Virus record (IMG/VR): IMGVR_UViG_3300027631_002331
Location: 1-64,000 of that record
DNA: 64,000 nt
From: a virus
Strand: one strand, 5' to 3'
The notes below the pieces were generated by a model. That model did no database searches. It saw nothing but the letters and a program-made list of their open reading frames with translations, and was not told the origin of the DNA. Shown here one piece after another: positions 49,381 through 58,602 of the stretch; positions within the stretch are counted from its first letter, which is position 1; each line of letters begins with the position of its first letter. Position numbers and translations under genes: made by a program.

Positions 49381-50163
49381 ATGAAAAAGTTATTAGTTTT
49401 ATTATTACTACCAACAATGTTATTTGCAGACGATTGGGGTAAAGTGGGTCATAGAATTATTGGTGAGATTGCCGAAAGACAATTAACCAAAGAAGTAAAA
49501 GAAATAGTATACGATATATTAGATGGGGAATCATTAGCATCAGTTAGTACATGGCCCGATGAAATGAGAAGTAATCCTGAATTTGATAAATTTGGTAAAT
49601 GGCATTATGTTAATTTACCTTTAGATAAAGAATATACAGAAATAGAACACACCCAAGAAAATGTAGTTATCATTATCAAAAAAGCAATAGGTATTTTAAA
49701 ATCCCCTAATGTTGATAAAGAAACAAAAAAGTTCTATCTTAAGTATTTAGTACATTTAGTTGGTGATTTACACCAACCCATGCATACTGGTAGGTATGAG
49801 GATTATGGTGGTAGTAAAATCAGAATAAAATTTAAAGGTAGAAAAGGTCAAGAAACTAATACTAACCTTCATGTGTTGTGGGACACTAATTTAATTGATG
49901 ATTTTAAAATGTCCTATACAGAATGGAGTACACATTTAATTAATAAAATGAGTAAAAAAGAGATTACACCGTCTATGGAAACTATGAACCCTGTAGATTG
50001 GACTTATGAATCTCACCAATATGCAAAACAAATTTATAAAGATACACCACAAGGTATCTCTTTATCGTATGATTACGTATACAAATACCAACCAGTATTA
50101 GAAAAAAGGTTATTTTTAGCTGGTAAAAGATTAGGATTATTAATTAATGAAATTTTTGAATAA
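49381..50163 (+). CDS. exported S1/P1 nuclease
   Basis: Signal peptide, then WGKVGH, WPDEMR, WHYVN, HLVGDLHQPMH, NLHVLWD zinc-ligand motifs. Confidence 0.93.
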   Translation: MKKLLVLLLLPTMLFADDWGKVGHRIIGEIAERQLTKEVKEIVYDILDGESLASVSTWPDEMRSNPEFDKFGKWHYVNLPLDKEYTEIEHTQENVVIIIKKAIGILKSPNVDKETKKFYLKYLVHLVGDLHQPMHTGRYEDYGGSKIRIKFKGRKGQETNTNLHVLWDTNLIDDFKMSYTEWSTHLINKMSKKEITPSMETMNPVDWTYESHQYAKQIYKDTPQGISLSYDYVYKYQPVLEKRLFLAGKRLGLLINEIFE

Positions 50164-50390
50164 TGAAAGAAGAAACTAAAGAATTACTTTACAAAGTATT
50201 TGTAATTTACATCGGTACAGCGTCCTTAATGGTAGGTCCATTTTTTGTAAACTTTTTATTAGGTAAAGTACTATCAGTAATAGGATTAGCATTATTAACA
50301 GTACAAACACAAAAAACAAAATCATATAACCTATCTTTACTTAATGTAGTAGGTATATGTGGTTACTTATATAGCATCTTTACTCAATGA
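50163..50390 (+). CDS. small multi-TM membrane protein
   Basis: 75 aa with about three hydrophobic segments; overlaps both neighbours. Confidence 0.65.
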   Translation: MKEETKELLYKVFVIYIGTASLMVGPFFVNFLLGKVLSVIGLALLTVQTQKTKSYNLSLLNVVGICGYLYSIFTQ

Positions 50391-50920
50391 GCAAGTTAGT
50401 TAACTTATTTGGAGGTCCTGGAATTGGAAAAAGTGGGATTGCTGCTGGTATAACTTATAAACTTAAGAAAAACCATATTAGTTGTAATAATCCATATGAA
50501 TTCCCTAAAACTATAGCTTGGGATAATAATCTTCCTGCAATCAAAGATCAATTATATATTTTTGCTAATCAACATAGGGGAATAGCACAAGCATATGGTA
50601 AAGTAGATTATATTATAATTGATTCACCAATTTTATTCTCTACAATTTACCACACATACTATACTAATGGATACCCAGCTGAATATTATAGACAGCCCTT
50701 CCATGATTTAGTAGTCGATCTACATAATCAGTATGATAGTATAAACATATTGTTAGATAGAGGAGAAACAATACATAGTGAGGATGAAAGATTCCAAGAT
50801 TTAGAAGAATCAATAGCAATAGATAAACTATGTAAAACGGTTTTAGATAAACATAATATACCATACCACACAATAAAGGTAGGTAAAAATACTGTTAAAA
50901 AAATAATGAAACTACTATAA
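50387..50920 (+). CDS. P-loop NTPase/kinase, NadR/AAA_28-like
   Basis: NLFGGPGIGKS; E.PK..AW; IIIDSPI; RFQ. Confidence 0.75.
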   Translation: MSKLVNLFGGPGIGKSGIAAGITYKLKKNHISCNNPYEFPKTIAWDNNLPAIKDQLYIFANQHRGIAQAYGKVDYIIIDSPILFSTIYHTYYTNGYPAEYYRQPFHDLVVDLHNQYDSINILLDRGETIHSEDERFQDLEESIAIDKLCKTVLDKHNIPYHTIKVGKNTVKKIMKLL

Positions 50921-50922
50921 AG

Positions 50923-50947
50923 AAAGAGCGCAATAGCGCTCTTTTTT
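50923..50947 (+). terminator. intrinsic terminator
   Basis: AAAGAGCGC-AATA-GCGCTC-TTTTTT. Confidence 0.85.
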
Positions 50948-51047
50948 GTATATGTATCATTGACAACAAACAAACAGTTCTTCCCCAATAGTTTCCCAAA
51001 CGTTTTTTAACCAATGGTTTTTTAATTGTTGCAAACGCGCAGTAATT

Positions 51048-51521
51048 ATGAAATGGACAATAGTAATATTAAGTTGCCTTGTAGGCTTCTTGGCCAAATC
51101 CCAAGAAATCAATATAGGTAAAGTAGAAAACAAAATCGTATTAGGCGATTTAGCAGGCAATAGAGACTTAGCCTTTGGAGTACGTAACGTACTTGAAGAA
51201 GTAGTCCAAGATGCTGGATACGACCTTAATCCCAACTCAATTTCCGAAATTACAGTAGAGATATTATTCTTCGATGTACAGAAGAATAACATCCAACTTG
51301 CCGTTTATGGTAAGCAAATAGACATTTATATAATAGCTGCTAGAGCAACTTTATATAAAAATGGTAAAAAGAAAAAATCGGTAACCGCTAAGGGAACTGC
51401 TAAATCTATATCAACATCCACCTTAGTAATAGATGAAGGTGGTAAGTTTTCCCAATCAAATGTTTCTACAGCAATAAAAAAACTATGTGAACAATTAATA
51501 AATAAACTAAAAATTAAATGA
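51048..51521 (+). CDS. exported alpha/beta protein (possibly CsgG/TolB-N-like fold)
   Basis: Signal peptide; strand-helix-strands-helix pattern similar to 54088; TATGTATC at 50951. Confidence 0.6.
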   Translation: MKWTIVILSCLVGFLAKSQEINIGKVENKIVLGDLAGNRDLAFGVRNVLEEVVQDAGYDLNPNSISEITVEILFFDVQKNNIQLAVYGKQIDIYIIAARATLYKNGKKKKSVTAKGTAKSISTSTLVIDEGGKFSQSNVSTAIKKLCEQLINKLKIK

Positions 51522-53155
51522 AAAATCTATTAATTCTATTACTACTACCTACTATAGTTTTAGGCCAACTTACATCCTCAACAGACGGTATTGATATAGA
51601 TCTTAATTTTGTAAGTACCACTTTAGGAGAGACCGACATTGCTAAAGTTCAAGTTAACGATACCATAATTTTAAAATTAGACCTCAATAATCTCTCAGAT
51701 AAAAATATTACATACATTCATGCGGATGTTGAATATAACTCTAATGCATTTACTTTAGTTGATCATACTTTCAACACCCCCACAAATGCTAATAATTCAC
51801 TTTTTAGTTGGACCGATACAAAATGGACTCCAAATAGTAATTATGATGAAAATGATTTATGGGCTCAATGGAATGGAGGAGGAGGATCATATGGTTCTTC
51901 TAATGGGTGGAATGTAGATCATTGGCAAGCAATATCAACTACTGCGTTTGAAGGTACTTATGTTACTATGCATTTTTTAGTAAAAGATACTAGCGTTTCT
52001 AATTATACTGATGCTATTAATATTACTATGGCTAGAGTAGCAGACAACTCAGGAACATCAGAATATGTCTTTCCATATGGTGAGGTAAGAGCATATGAAA
52101 CCCAATCCATAAGTTTCGTACCTTTAGAAGATTTAGATAGTAATATCTATGTTAAAGTAGATTTTAATTCTAATATAGATCCTACAAATGTTAAATTAAT
52201 TATAGTTGAAGATGGTACTCTTGTAGGTACTGTTCAATTAGACTCAAATGGAGATGCTAATATAACTGAATTTATTACTAAAAGTGAATCAACATACACC
52301 TATAACTTTGTATGGGATGGGACAGATTCTGAATTATCTACTTTAAAAGATAATATAGTAACAATATCAGATGTAGCTTTAACTCTAAAAGAAGCAGGAG
52401 AATTTGATCATGGTAATACTGGAGAAGTATTTAATGTAATACAATATGTAGCAGCAGATGTAAATGAAGATACTGCTATTACAGCCCAAGATGCTTATAA
52501 TATGTTAGGGCATGTTTTAGGTCAAGTTGACCTATATAGTGAATACGACACATTTGAAGAATTTGCTATGGTAGTACCAGCATCAGACTATAATGCATTA
52601 ACAACACAACAACTTTTCAGTACAGGTATTCCTGATGATAGTGCTATTAATATAGATTTTACCCAAAACACCCAAGTGATAAGATTTAAAGGAGGTATGT
52701 TTGGAGATGCTAACCTATCCCATACTGTAAGTCAAGATAACCAAGTAACACTAGCGTCAGCTAAATCCTTCCAATATGGTATGAGTATGAAAGGAGAATC
52801 GTTTATAAACGCTGATTATAGTGTAGCTTTGGAAGATGGTAAAGTAGTAGCTACATTAGAAATATTATCTAATACCACAGCAGCTTTACAACTCAAATTG
52901 GATTTTGACAACACAAGATTAACATTTGAAGAAGTAATATTCAATGTTGGTAACACATCTACTAATTTCGCTACAGCAGAATCAAATAGAGTTAATGTAG
53001 GAGTCATTAACCAACAAGGAGATATAATAGAAAATGGATCTACTATCAAATTAATATTTTCAGGTGATGTAGATTCAACAGTAGGGTTAGTAACTATTTT
53101 TAATACTGATGCTGCTAGTTTAGAAGGAAAACAACAAATATTAAAACTACAATAA
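51518..53155 (+). CDS. exported cohesin/dockerin-like protein
   Basis: Signal peptide; cohesin-like segments (ADVEYNSNAFTL; LQLKLDFDNTRLTF); dockerin-like Ca loop ADVNEDTAITAQDA and FGDAN. Confidence 0.6.
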   Translation: MKNLLILLLLPTIVLGQLTSSTDGIDIDLNFVSTTLGETDIAKVQVNDTIILKLDLNNLSDKNITYIHADVEYNSNAFTLVDHTFNTPTNANNSLFSWTDTKWTPNSNYDENDLWAQWNGGGGSYGSSNGWNVDHWQAISTTAFEGTYVTMHFLVKDTSVSNYTDAINITMARVADNSGTSEYVFPYGEVRAYETQSISFVPLEDLDSNIYVKVDFNSNIDPTNVKLIIVEDGTLVGTVQLDSNGDANITEFITKSESTYTYNFVWDGTDSELSTLKDNIVTISDVALTLKEAGEFDHGNTGEVFNVIQYVAADVNEDTAITAQDAYNMLGHVLGQVDLYSEYDTFEEFAMVVPASDYNALTTQQLFSTGIPDDSAINIDFTQNTQVIRFKGGMFGDANLSHTVSQDNQVTLASAKSFQYGMSMKGESFINADYSVALEDGKVVATLEILSNTTAALQLKLDFDNTRLTFEEVIFNVGNTSTNFATAESNRVNVGVINQQGDIIENGSTIKLIFSGDVDSTVGLVTIFNTDAASLEGKQQILKLQ

Positions 53156-53156
53156 T

Positions 53157-53534
53157 ATGAAATACAATTTTAAAAAAAGATATTACATCTGGGTGATTTT
53201 ATTATTCTTATCATGTGCTAGAGATACAGATAATTTTGATATACAAACAGACCCAATAAGTAGATTAGAAATGGCTAGTTTAGAAGGATTAAAATTTGAT
53301 GGAGGTAGTATCAAAGATGGTACCAAATTTAATTTTAAAACTCAAACAGCTGGAATTTATACTTTAGAAATTAGAGACCATTTTAAAATCCTTATATCTA
53401 AAAGTATTATAAATGCTAAAATCGGAGATAACGTATTAACATTCTATACGAAAGCACTCCAAGAAGGGGACTATAATATTATAATCTATAACTACACTAG
53501 CAAAGTTCAAGAAACTAAAATGACTATACAGTAA
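53157..53534 (+). CDS. lipoprotein with T9SS C-terminal-domain-like fold
   Basis: LLFLSC lipobox; YTLEIRD...GDNVLTFYTKALQEGDYNIII..TKMTIQ. Confidence 0.55.
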   Translation: MKYNFKKRYYIWVILLFLSCARDTDNFDIQTDPISRLEMASLEGLKFDGGSIKDGTKFNFKTQTAGIYTLEIRDHFKILISKSIINAKIGDNVLTFYTKALQEGDYNIIIYNYTSKVQETKMTIQ

Positions 53535-53538
53535 TATT

Positions 53539-53793
53539 ATGGAAGACATTAAAAAAGCAATTATTGGTATAATAACATTAGCCATTACAACTGGTGGTGG
53601 GTTATTAATAAAAAGTCTATTTGAAGGAGAAAAAGAAACGGTAGTAGAAGAAACTACAGAAACAGCTCCACAAGTCATTATTAATATGCCACAACAAGAA
53701 GTAAAAAAAGATACCGTCGTAAAGAAGGTATATGTTAAACCCAAACCCAAACTATCTGAAACAGAAAAAAGAAAGAAGAAGATAGATTGGTAA
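53539..53793 (+). CDS. small membrane-anchored protein
   Basis: N-terminal TM; KKDTVVKKVYVKPKP. Confidence 0.65.
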   Translation: MEDIKKAIIGIITLAITTGGGLLIKSLFEGEKETVVEETTETAPQVIINMPQQEVKKDTVVKKVYVKPKPKLSETEKRKKKIDW

Positions 53794-53891
53794 AGTACTT
53801 CGCAGTACAAAAAATGAAACCGACGGCGGCAACCATCGGTCTCAAGGTAAATTAAAACAAAATTCAACAGTAACTCAAAACAACAAACATT

Positions 53892-54095
53892 ATGAAACCA
53901 TTAAACTTATTTCGTATTCAATATATGAAATTCATTTCAGAAAGCCAAACTATTTTAGATTATTTCTTTATAATCTGGGCTCATTTATTAGGAGCTTTAG
54001 CTATTACTGGTATTGGGCGTATAATATACGAACTAATTACCAATATGTCAACGTTTAACAACGCAACTTGGGGAGTATTCGACACCCTTGGTTAA
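53892..54095 (+). CDS. small membrane protein
   Basis: 67 aa with a central hydrophobic helix. Confidence 0.5.
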   Translation: MKPLNLFRIQYMKFISESQTILDYFFIIWAHLLGALAITGIGRIIYELITNMSTFNNATWGVFDTLG

Positions 54096-54804
54096 AAAAC
54101 TATTAGCTAGTTTATTATTAATAAGTAGCTATACCTCAGCTCAAGTTATTGGTAAAACAAAGACTGAAGATTATCAGGCGGGATTTGAGAAACAAACCTC
54201 AATATTCTCAATCCCCGAGTACAATGGTGATCCCATACCCGTTGCTTTACTTAATATAGGTGTAACAGAAGACGTATTACAACAATATCCTGAACTCAAA
54301 GATAATAGAGTGGGCTTAGGTCTAACTAATATCACTGTAGCGTTTTTAGATGAAACATGGAGATTCGAGTTTGTAGAGACTAGAGATGCTATTAAAGATC
54401 GTATGGTAAAACAATACGAAGCATCACAAAAAGGATTTACAGCTAATCAGACAGATATAATGGGTAAGATTACTCTTGCCAAATACTTCATTTATGTAGA
54501 AGTATATGACTATTCTGTATCTGAAGATGAAACAGTAAACTTAAAAGACGGAGTAAAAAATACTCTTGTCACTCGATTAGGTTTACAAATAAGAGCAGTA
54601 GATGCTGAAACAGGACTTTATATGACAGGTTCTGGATTAGGTAAAGCTGTGACTACAAGAGAACTTACCCTATCAAACTCAGACAACTTAGACGAAGTAA
54701 AGTTTAACGGCTCTTCTATTGGTGTAACTACTAGAAAGGCTTTAGAAACTGCTGTAGCTAAGATTGTTAAAAGGATGATACGTAAGGGTATATTTGACCA
54801 TTAA
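54088..54804 (+). CDS. CsgG/HfaB-like exported protein
   Basis: GLGLTNI..L..T.RFEFVE.R, GKITLAKY, LQIRAVDAETG, ALETAV; signal peptide without Cys; TTG start. Confidence 0.7.
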   Translation: MVKKLLASLLLISSYTSAQVIGKTKTEDYQAGFEKQTSIFSIPEYNGDPIPVALLNIGVTEDVLQQYPELKDNRVGLGLTNITVAFLDETWRFEFVETRDAIKDRMVKQYEASQKGFTANQTDIMGKITLAKYFIYVEVYDYSVSEDETVNLKDGVKNTLVTRLGLQIRAVDAETGLYMTGSGLGKAVTTRELTLSNSDNLDEVKFNGSSIGVTTRKALETAVAKIVKRMIRKGIFDH

Positions 54805-54810
54805 TGGGTT

Positions 54811-56490
54811 ATGAAAAAGTTACTACTAGTTTTATTTTTTACTGCGATGGGGATGTTCGAGGGTCATTCACAGGCCCTCGTCCAAACCTATATCGATAGA
54901 TGTACAGGACAAGTAAGTGTCTTTAGTGTGTCTATGGGCGGTAATACTATAGTAGCTTTTTATAATCGTTCTAGATCATTTACCTCTCAAGATTTTCAAA
55001 ACGGAACTCTTCAATCTTGGTTAGAAGAAACATATTTATGGTGGACAAGTTTAAGTCCTTGCTCAACAACAACAACAGGAGCACAGACAACCCAACAAAC
55101 TACTCAACAAACCACGCAGCAAGCAGCTAATGCAGCAGCATCAGCAGCTTCACAAGCAGCGGCAAATCCAACTACAAATGTACCGACAACTACACCACCT
55201 ACAACGACAACTGCACCTACGACTACAACTCCTAATACTTCTAATGCAAATACAACTTCTCCAAATACAACTAGTACTGGAGCGGATACAAGTAGCCAAG
55301 GAAATAGTTCGACAGGAACCTCAGGATCTACAGATAGCACGGGAAGCAGCCAAAGCAGTAACAATAGCTCTGAATCAACGTCTTCAGCAGAAACAACATC
55401 TACAGAAACAAATAACGAATCTTCTACCTCCGAAGCACAAGACACTGAATCAGGAACTTCAGGAGATGAAGGAGGAACAGAAGAATCTACAGAAGTAGAA
55501 TCAACTACAGAAGAAAGTACCGAAGAGACAACTACAGAAGAAAGTACCGAAGAGTCAACAGAAGAATCAACCGAAGAATCTACTGAAGAAGAATCTACAG
55601 AGGAAAGTACTGAAGAAGAATCGACAGAAGAGGAATCTAAAGAAGAGTCAGATGAAGAAACAGAAGACAAGGAGTCAGAAGAAGACACAGAAGAGGAGAG
55701 AGATGAAGAAGAGTCTAAATCCGACGAAGATGAAGAAACTGAGGAAGAAGACACAGAAGAGGAAAGCAACGACAAAGATAAAAAGAAGGATAAAAAGAAA
55801 AAAAAGAAAAAACGAAGTCTTGCTCCTCCTATCGTTACAGCCAATGCAATGTCACAACAACTCCCAACTGGTGAGTTTCAACAAGCAGTTACCTTTGGTA
55901 TAAGTAGATCTTCCTTAATGGGTACTGAAACCTATGGTTTAAATGCTATGGTTTATGATAACTTACAACAATATATGTTAAGTGCTAGTTTTTCTAAAGT
56001 ACACATAAATAAAAAAGGTAGAGTAAATAGAGTATATTCAGCATCATTGGGTGGTATGAAGATGTATTCAACTTATATGGCTATGATGAATCATAGTGTA
56101 ACTTTTCTAGGTGAAAAAGGATCAGTAGCAGGTATAGCATTTGGAACTAGTTTAACTAGTAATGAAGTAGATGTAATAGATGGTTACATAAGTTTTGACA
56201 ACCAACTACTAGGATTATCACTAACAGGATTTTATACTAAGTCAATACAGGCAACAGGTAAACTATCTATTAGTCCTATGTTGGCTATATCATCTCCTTT
56301 TATGATGTTTGATATGCTCGAACATACTACTATGTGGAATAGTGATCTTATGATTATAGGTGGATCTAGTTTTAGTTATAAACTAACACAAAGATTTGGT
56401 CTTAATCTAGGAGCAAACGTAATAGAATCAACGGCAGAAAACTTTCCTACTATGCTTGCTTTTACAATAGGTGGTAGGCTAAGTTTTTAA
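54811..56490 (+). CDS. exported protein with long T/S/E low-complexity stalk and C-terminal beta-barrel-like domain
   Basis: Signal peptide; Cys pair; T-, S- then E-rich linker; poly-Lys; amphipathic strands ending IGGRLSF. Confidence 0.7.
   Translation: MKKLLLVLFFTAMGMFEGHSQALVQTYIDRCTGQVSVFSVSMGGNTIVAFYNRSRSFTSQDFQNGTLQSWLEETYLWWTSLSPCSTTTTGAQTTQQTTQQTTQQAANAAASAASQAAANPTTNVPTTTPPTTTTAPTTTTPNTSNANTTSPNTTSTGADTSSQGNSSTGTSGSTDSTGSSQSSNNSSESTSSAETTSTETNNESSTSEAQDTESGTSGDEGGTEESTEVESTTEESTEETTTEESTEESTEESTEESTEEESTEESTEEESTEEESKEESDEETEDKESEEDTEEERDEEESKSDEDEETEEEDTEEESNDKDKKKDKKKKKKKRSLAPPIVTANAMSQQLPTGEFQQAVTFGISRSSLMGTETYGLNAMVYDNLQQYMLSASFSKVHINKKGRVNRVYSASLGGMKMYSTYMAMMNHSVTFLGEKGSVAGIAFGTSLTSNEVDVIDGYISFDNQLLGLSLTGFYTKSIQATGKLSISPMLAISSPFMMFDMLEHTTMWNSDLMIIGGSSFSYKLTQRFGLNLGANVIESTAENFPTMLAFTIGGRLSF
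55480..55765 (+). repeat. degenerate (E)ESTE repeat array
   Basis: Many variants of GAAGAA(TC/AG)NAC(N) encoding EEST/TEE. Confidence 0.8.
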
Positions 56491-56492
56491 CA

Positions 56493-56500
56493 TATTTATA
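56493..56500 (+). promoter_or_regulatory. TATTTATA putative late promoter
   Basis: Upstream of the lysis genes. Confidence 0.6.
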
Positions 56501-56513
56501 ACAAAATAAAAAA

Positions 56514-56822
56514 ATGGACGCAAAATCAAACGCACATAGAAATAGATTTGTAATCACAACGGTTATACTAGCTACTTTTTTCCTTATTATGATGGGGATA
56601 GGAGCTGCTATATTAGGTGATGGTGATACACCCGCTATTCAACAAGAATGGAAAGAAGTATTATTATTAGTATTAGGAGCATTTTTGGGTTCTTATTCTA
56701 GAGTAGTAGATTTTTGGTTTAATGGAAATGATACTAACATAGATGGTAGACCAGATCACACACCACCAGCAGAACCATGTGATTGTGATGAACCGGACGA
56801 TGAACTAGATAACCTATACTAA
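56514..56822 (+). CDS. putative holin
   Basis: Two TM helices, VVDFWF, acidic tail; directly upstream of the amidase. Confidence 0.55.
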   Translation: MDAKSNAHRNRFVITTVILATFFLIMMGIGAAILGDGDTPAIQQEWKEVLLLVLGAFLGSYSRVVDFWFNGNDTNIDGRPDHTPPAEPCDCDEPDDELDNLY

Positions 56823-56823
56823 T

Positions 56824-57312
56824 ATGGCTATTAAACCTAAAGGAATTATATTACATTCTATGTCTGAATACTTAATGTGGAAGGGCAAAAAATTATACGC
56901 TAAAGATTTTCTTAAGGAATTAGGTTTATCAGTACATGGTTTCATCAAACCTGATGGTACCTATGATAAAATGATACCATCACCTGGTAAAGCATTCCAT
57001 GCTGGGAAATCATTACATGAAGGTGTATCTGGTTTAAATTCTCACTACTTAGGAGTAGAATTATTAGTTGAAGGTGTTAACGATTATGGATCGTTTAGTA
57101 AAAAAATAAATCAAAGAGGAACATACACCCAAGCACAATTTGACACCACAGTAGAAGTATTTAAATATTGGATGAAACAATTTAATATACCAGTATCTAA
57201 AGTGGTAAGACATTCAGATGTTTCAGGTGATCATGTAAGAGGTAAAAATAAAGGTAAAACAGACCCAGGATCAGCATTTGATTGGGATGCATTTAAATCA
57301 TCTTTATCATAA
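56824..57312 (+). CDS. N-acetylmuramoyl-L-alanine amidase (endolysin)
   Basis: IILHS, SVH, AFHAG, N...LGVEL, VRHSDV, KTDPG..FDW. Confidence 0.9.
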   Translation: MAIKPKGIILHSMSEYLMWKGKKLYAKDFLKELGLSVHGFIKPDGTYDKMIPSPGKAFHAGKSLHEGVSGLNSHYLGVELLVEGVNDYGSFSKKINQRGTYTQAQFDTTVEVFKYWMKQFNIPVSKVVRHSDVSGDHVRGKNKGKTDPGSAFDWDAFKSSLS

Positions 57313-57371
57313 GTAGGTTGTTTTTTTGATTTAGTTTTATTATATTAGGACGTAATTAATACAACAATACA

Positions 57372-58601
57372 ATGGAAATATTATCTAATCTAAAAAAGGG
57401 ACTTTTCCCCTTTATAATAGCATTTACAGCGTTATCGGTTAGTTCATCTGCAGCATTTTATTCAGTAAGTGGACTATCTAAGTTATTTGCTGGTGCCTCT
57501 TTTGAGGTTATAGTAATGGCAGGTTCATTAGAGGTAGCTAAGTTAGTTATAGCATCATTACTATACCAATATTGGAGTACTATCAATAAGGGTTTACGCG
57601 TATATCTCACTGTAGCAACGTTTATTCTAGTGTTAATTACTAGTATGGGGATATATGGTTTCCTTAGTGCGGCATACCAGGATACATACAGACAACTCAC
57701 AATTAAAAATAATCAAACAGCTTTCTTAACTCAAAAGAAAGATTTTTATAATAAAGACGTTATACGCTATGATGAAGAACTTGAAAGAATATCTGGTAAT
57801 ATTAGTACTTTATCTAATGCGAAAGCGTCCTCGATTCAAGTACGAGACACGACATCATCTACAGGCTTTCGACAAACAATTAGTACTACCGAACTTAGAC
57901 TATCCCAAAAGCGTATTGACGTTGAAGAAAATAATAGGAAAGCTGTTCAAGCGAAACGAGAACAAGTAGCTGATAGTTTACAAAAGTATCAACTAGCTAT
58001 ATTAGAGTTAGAAAACAATACAGACGTAGCAGGTGAGTTAGGACCTTTAGAATATTTATCCAAACTTACAAATACATCTATGGATAAAATAATTAACTAT
58101 TTACTTTTAGTTATTATATTTGTATTTGACCCCTTAGCAATATCCTTAGTAATTGCTGCTAACTTTGCCTTTGAACAAGCCTACCCTAAAAAGAAGGAAG
58201 AAGAAATAGAAGAAGTTGAAGAGACTGAAGAAGTTAAAGATGAAGAGGAGAAAATAGAAGATATAGAAGTCGAACATGAGATAATCACACCATCAGATTT
58301 ATCTGAAGAAGAACGTTTAAAACTATTCGCAATATATGGTGAAAGTGGTTCGTTTGATATAGATGAAGAGGATTGGGAAATAGAATCAGAAACATCTGAA
58401 AGTTTTGAAGACGAGACTACAAACATAATCAAAACAAAAAAAGACGAATTAGTAGATCAACTCTCAAACTTAGAAACTTATCTAAATAGAGAAAGAATAG
58501 GTGGTATAAACCAAACACTAGAACGTAACCTAAAAAAAGAAATCTCCATACTAAAATCTCAGATAGATGGTGAAGACGATGACACGACCATCATATATTA
58601 G
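57372..58601 (+). CDS. multi-TM coiled-coil membrane protein
   Basis: Three N-terminal TMs (LEVAKLV, TSMGIYGFLS), coiled coil, TM with IFVFDPLA, acidic tail. Confidence 0.75.
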   Translation: MEILSNLKKGLFPFIIAFTALSVSSSAAFYSVSGLSKLFAGASFEVIVMAGSLEVAKLVIASLLYQYWSTINKGLRVYLTVATFILVLITSMGIYGFLSAAYQDTYRQLTIKNNQTAFLTQKKDFYNKDVIRYDEELERISGNISTLSNAKASSIQVRDTTSSTGFRQTISTTELRLSQKRIDVEENNRKAVQAKREQVADSLQKYQLAILELENNTDVAGELGPLEYLSKLTNTSMDKIINYLLLVIIFVFDPLAISLVIAANFAFEQAYPKKKEEEIEEVEETEEVKDEEEKIEDIEVEHEIITPSDLSEEERLKLFAIYGESGSFDIDEEDWEIESETSESFEDETTNIIKTKKDELVDQLSNLETYLNRERIGGINQTLERNLKKEISILKSQIDGEDDDTTIIY

Positions 58602-58602
58602 G

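Noticed and set aside
55480-55765. Repetitive DNA as a possible CRISPR array
   Set aside because: Degenerate coding repeats with no constant repeat and unique spacers.
46072-56490. Host-chromosome chimera explaining the bacterial-like envelope genes
   Set aside because: Same strand, similar composition and packing, phage-type motifs at 46048, 50951 and 56493, and phage genes on both sides. Read mapping would still be needed to exclude it fully.
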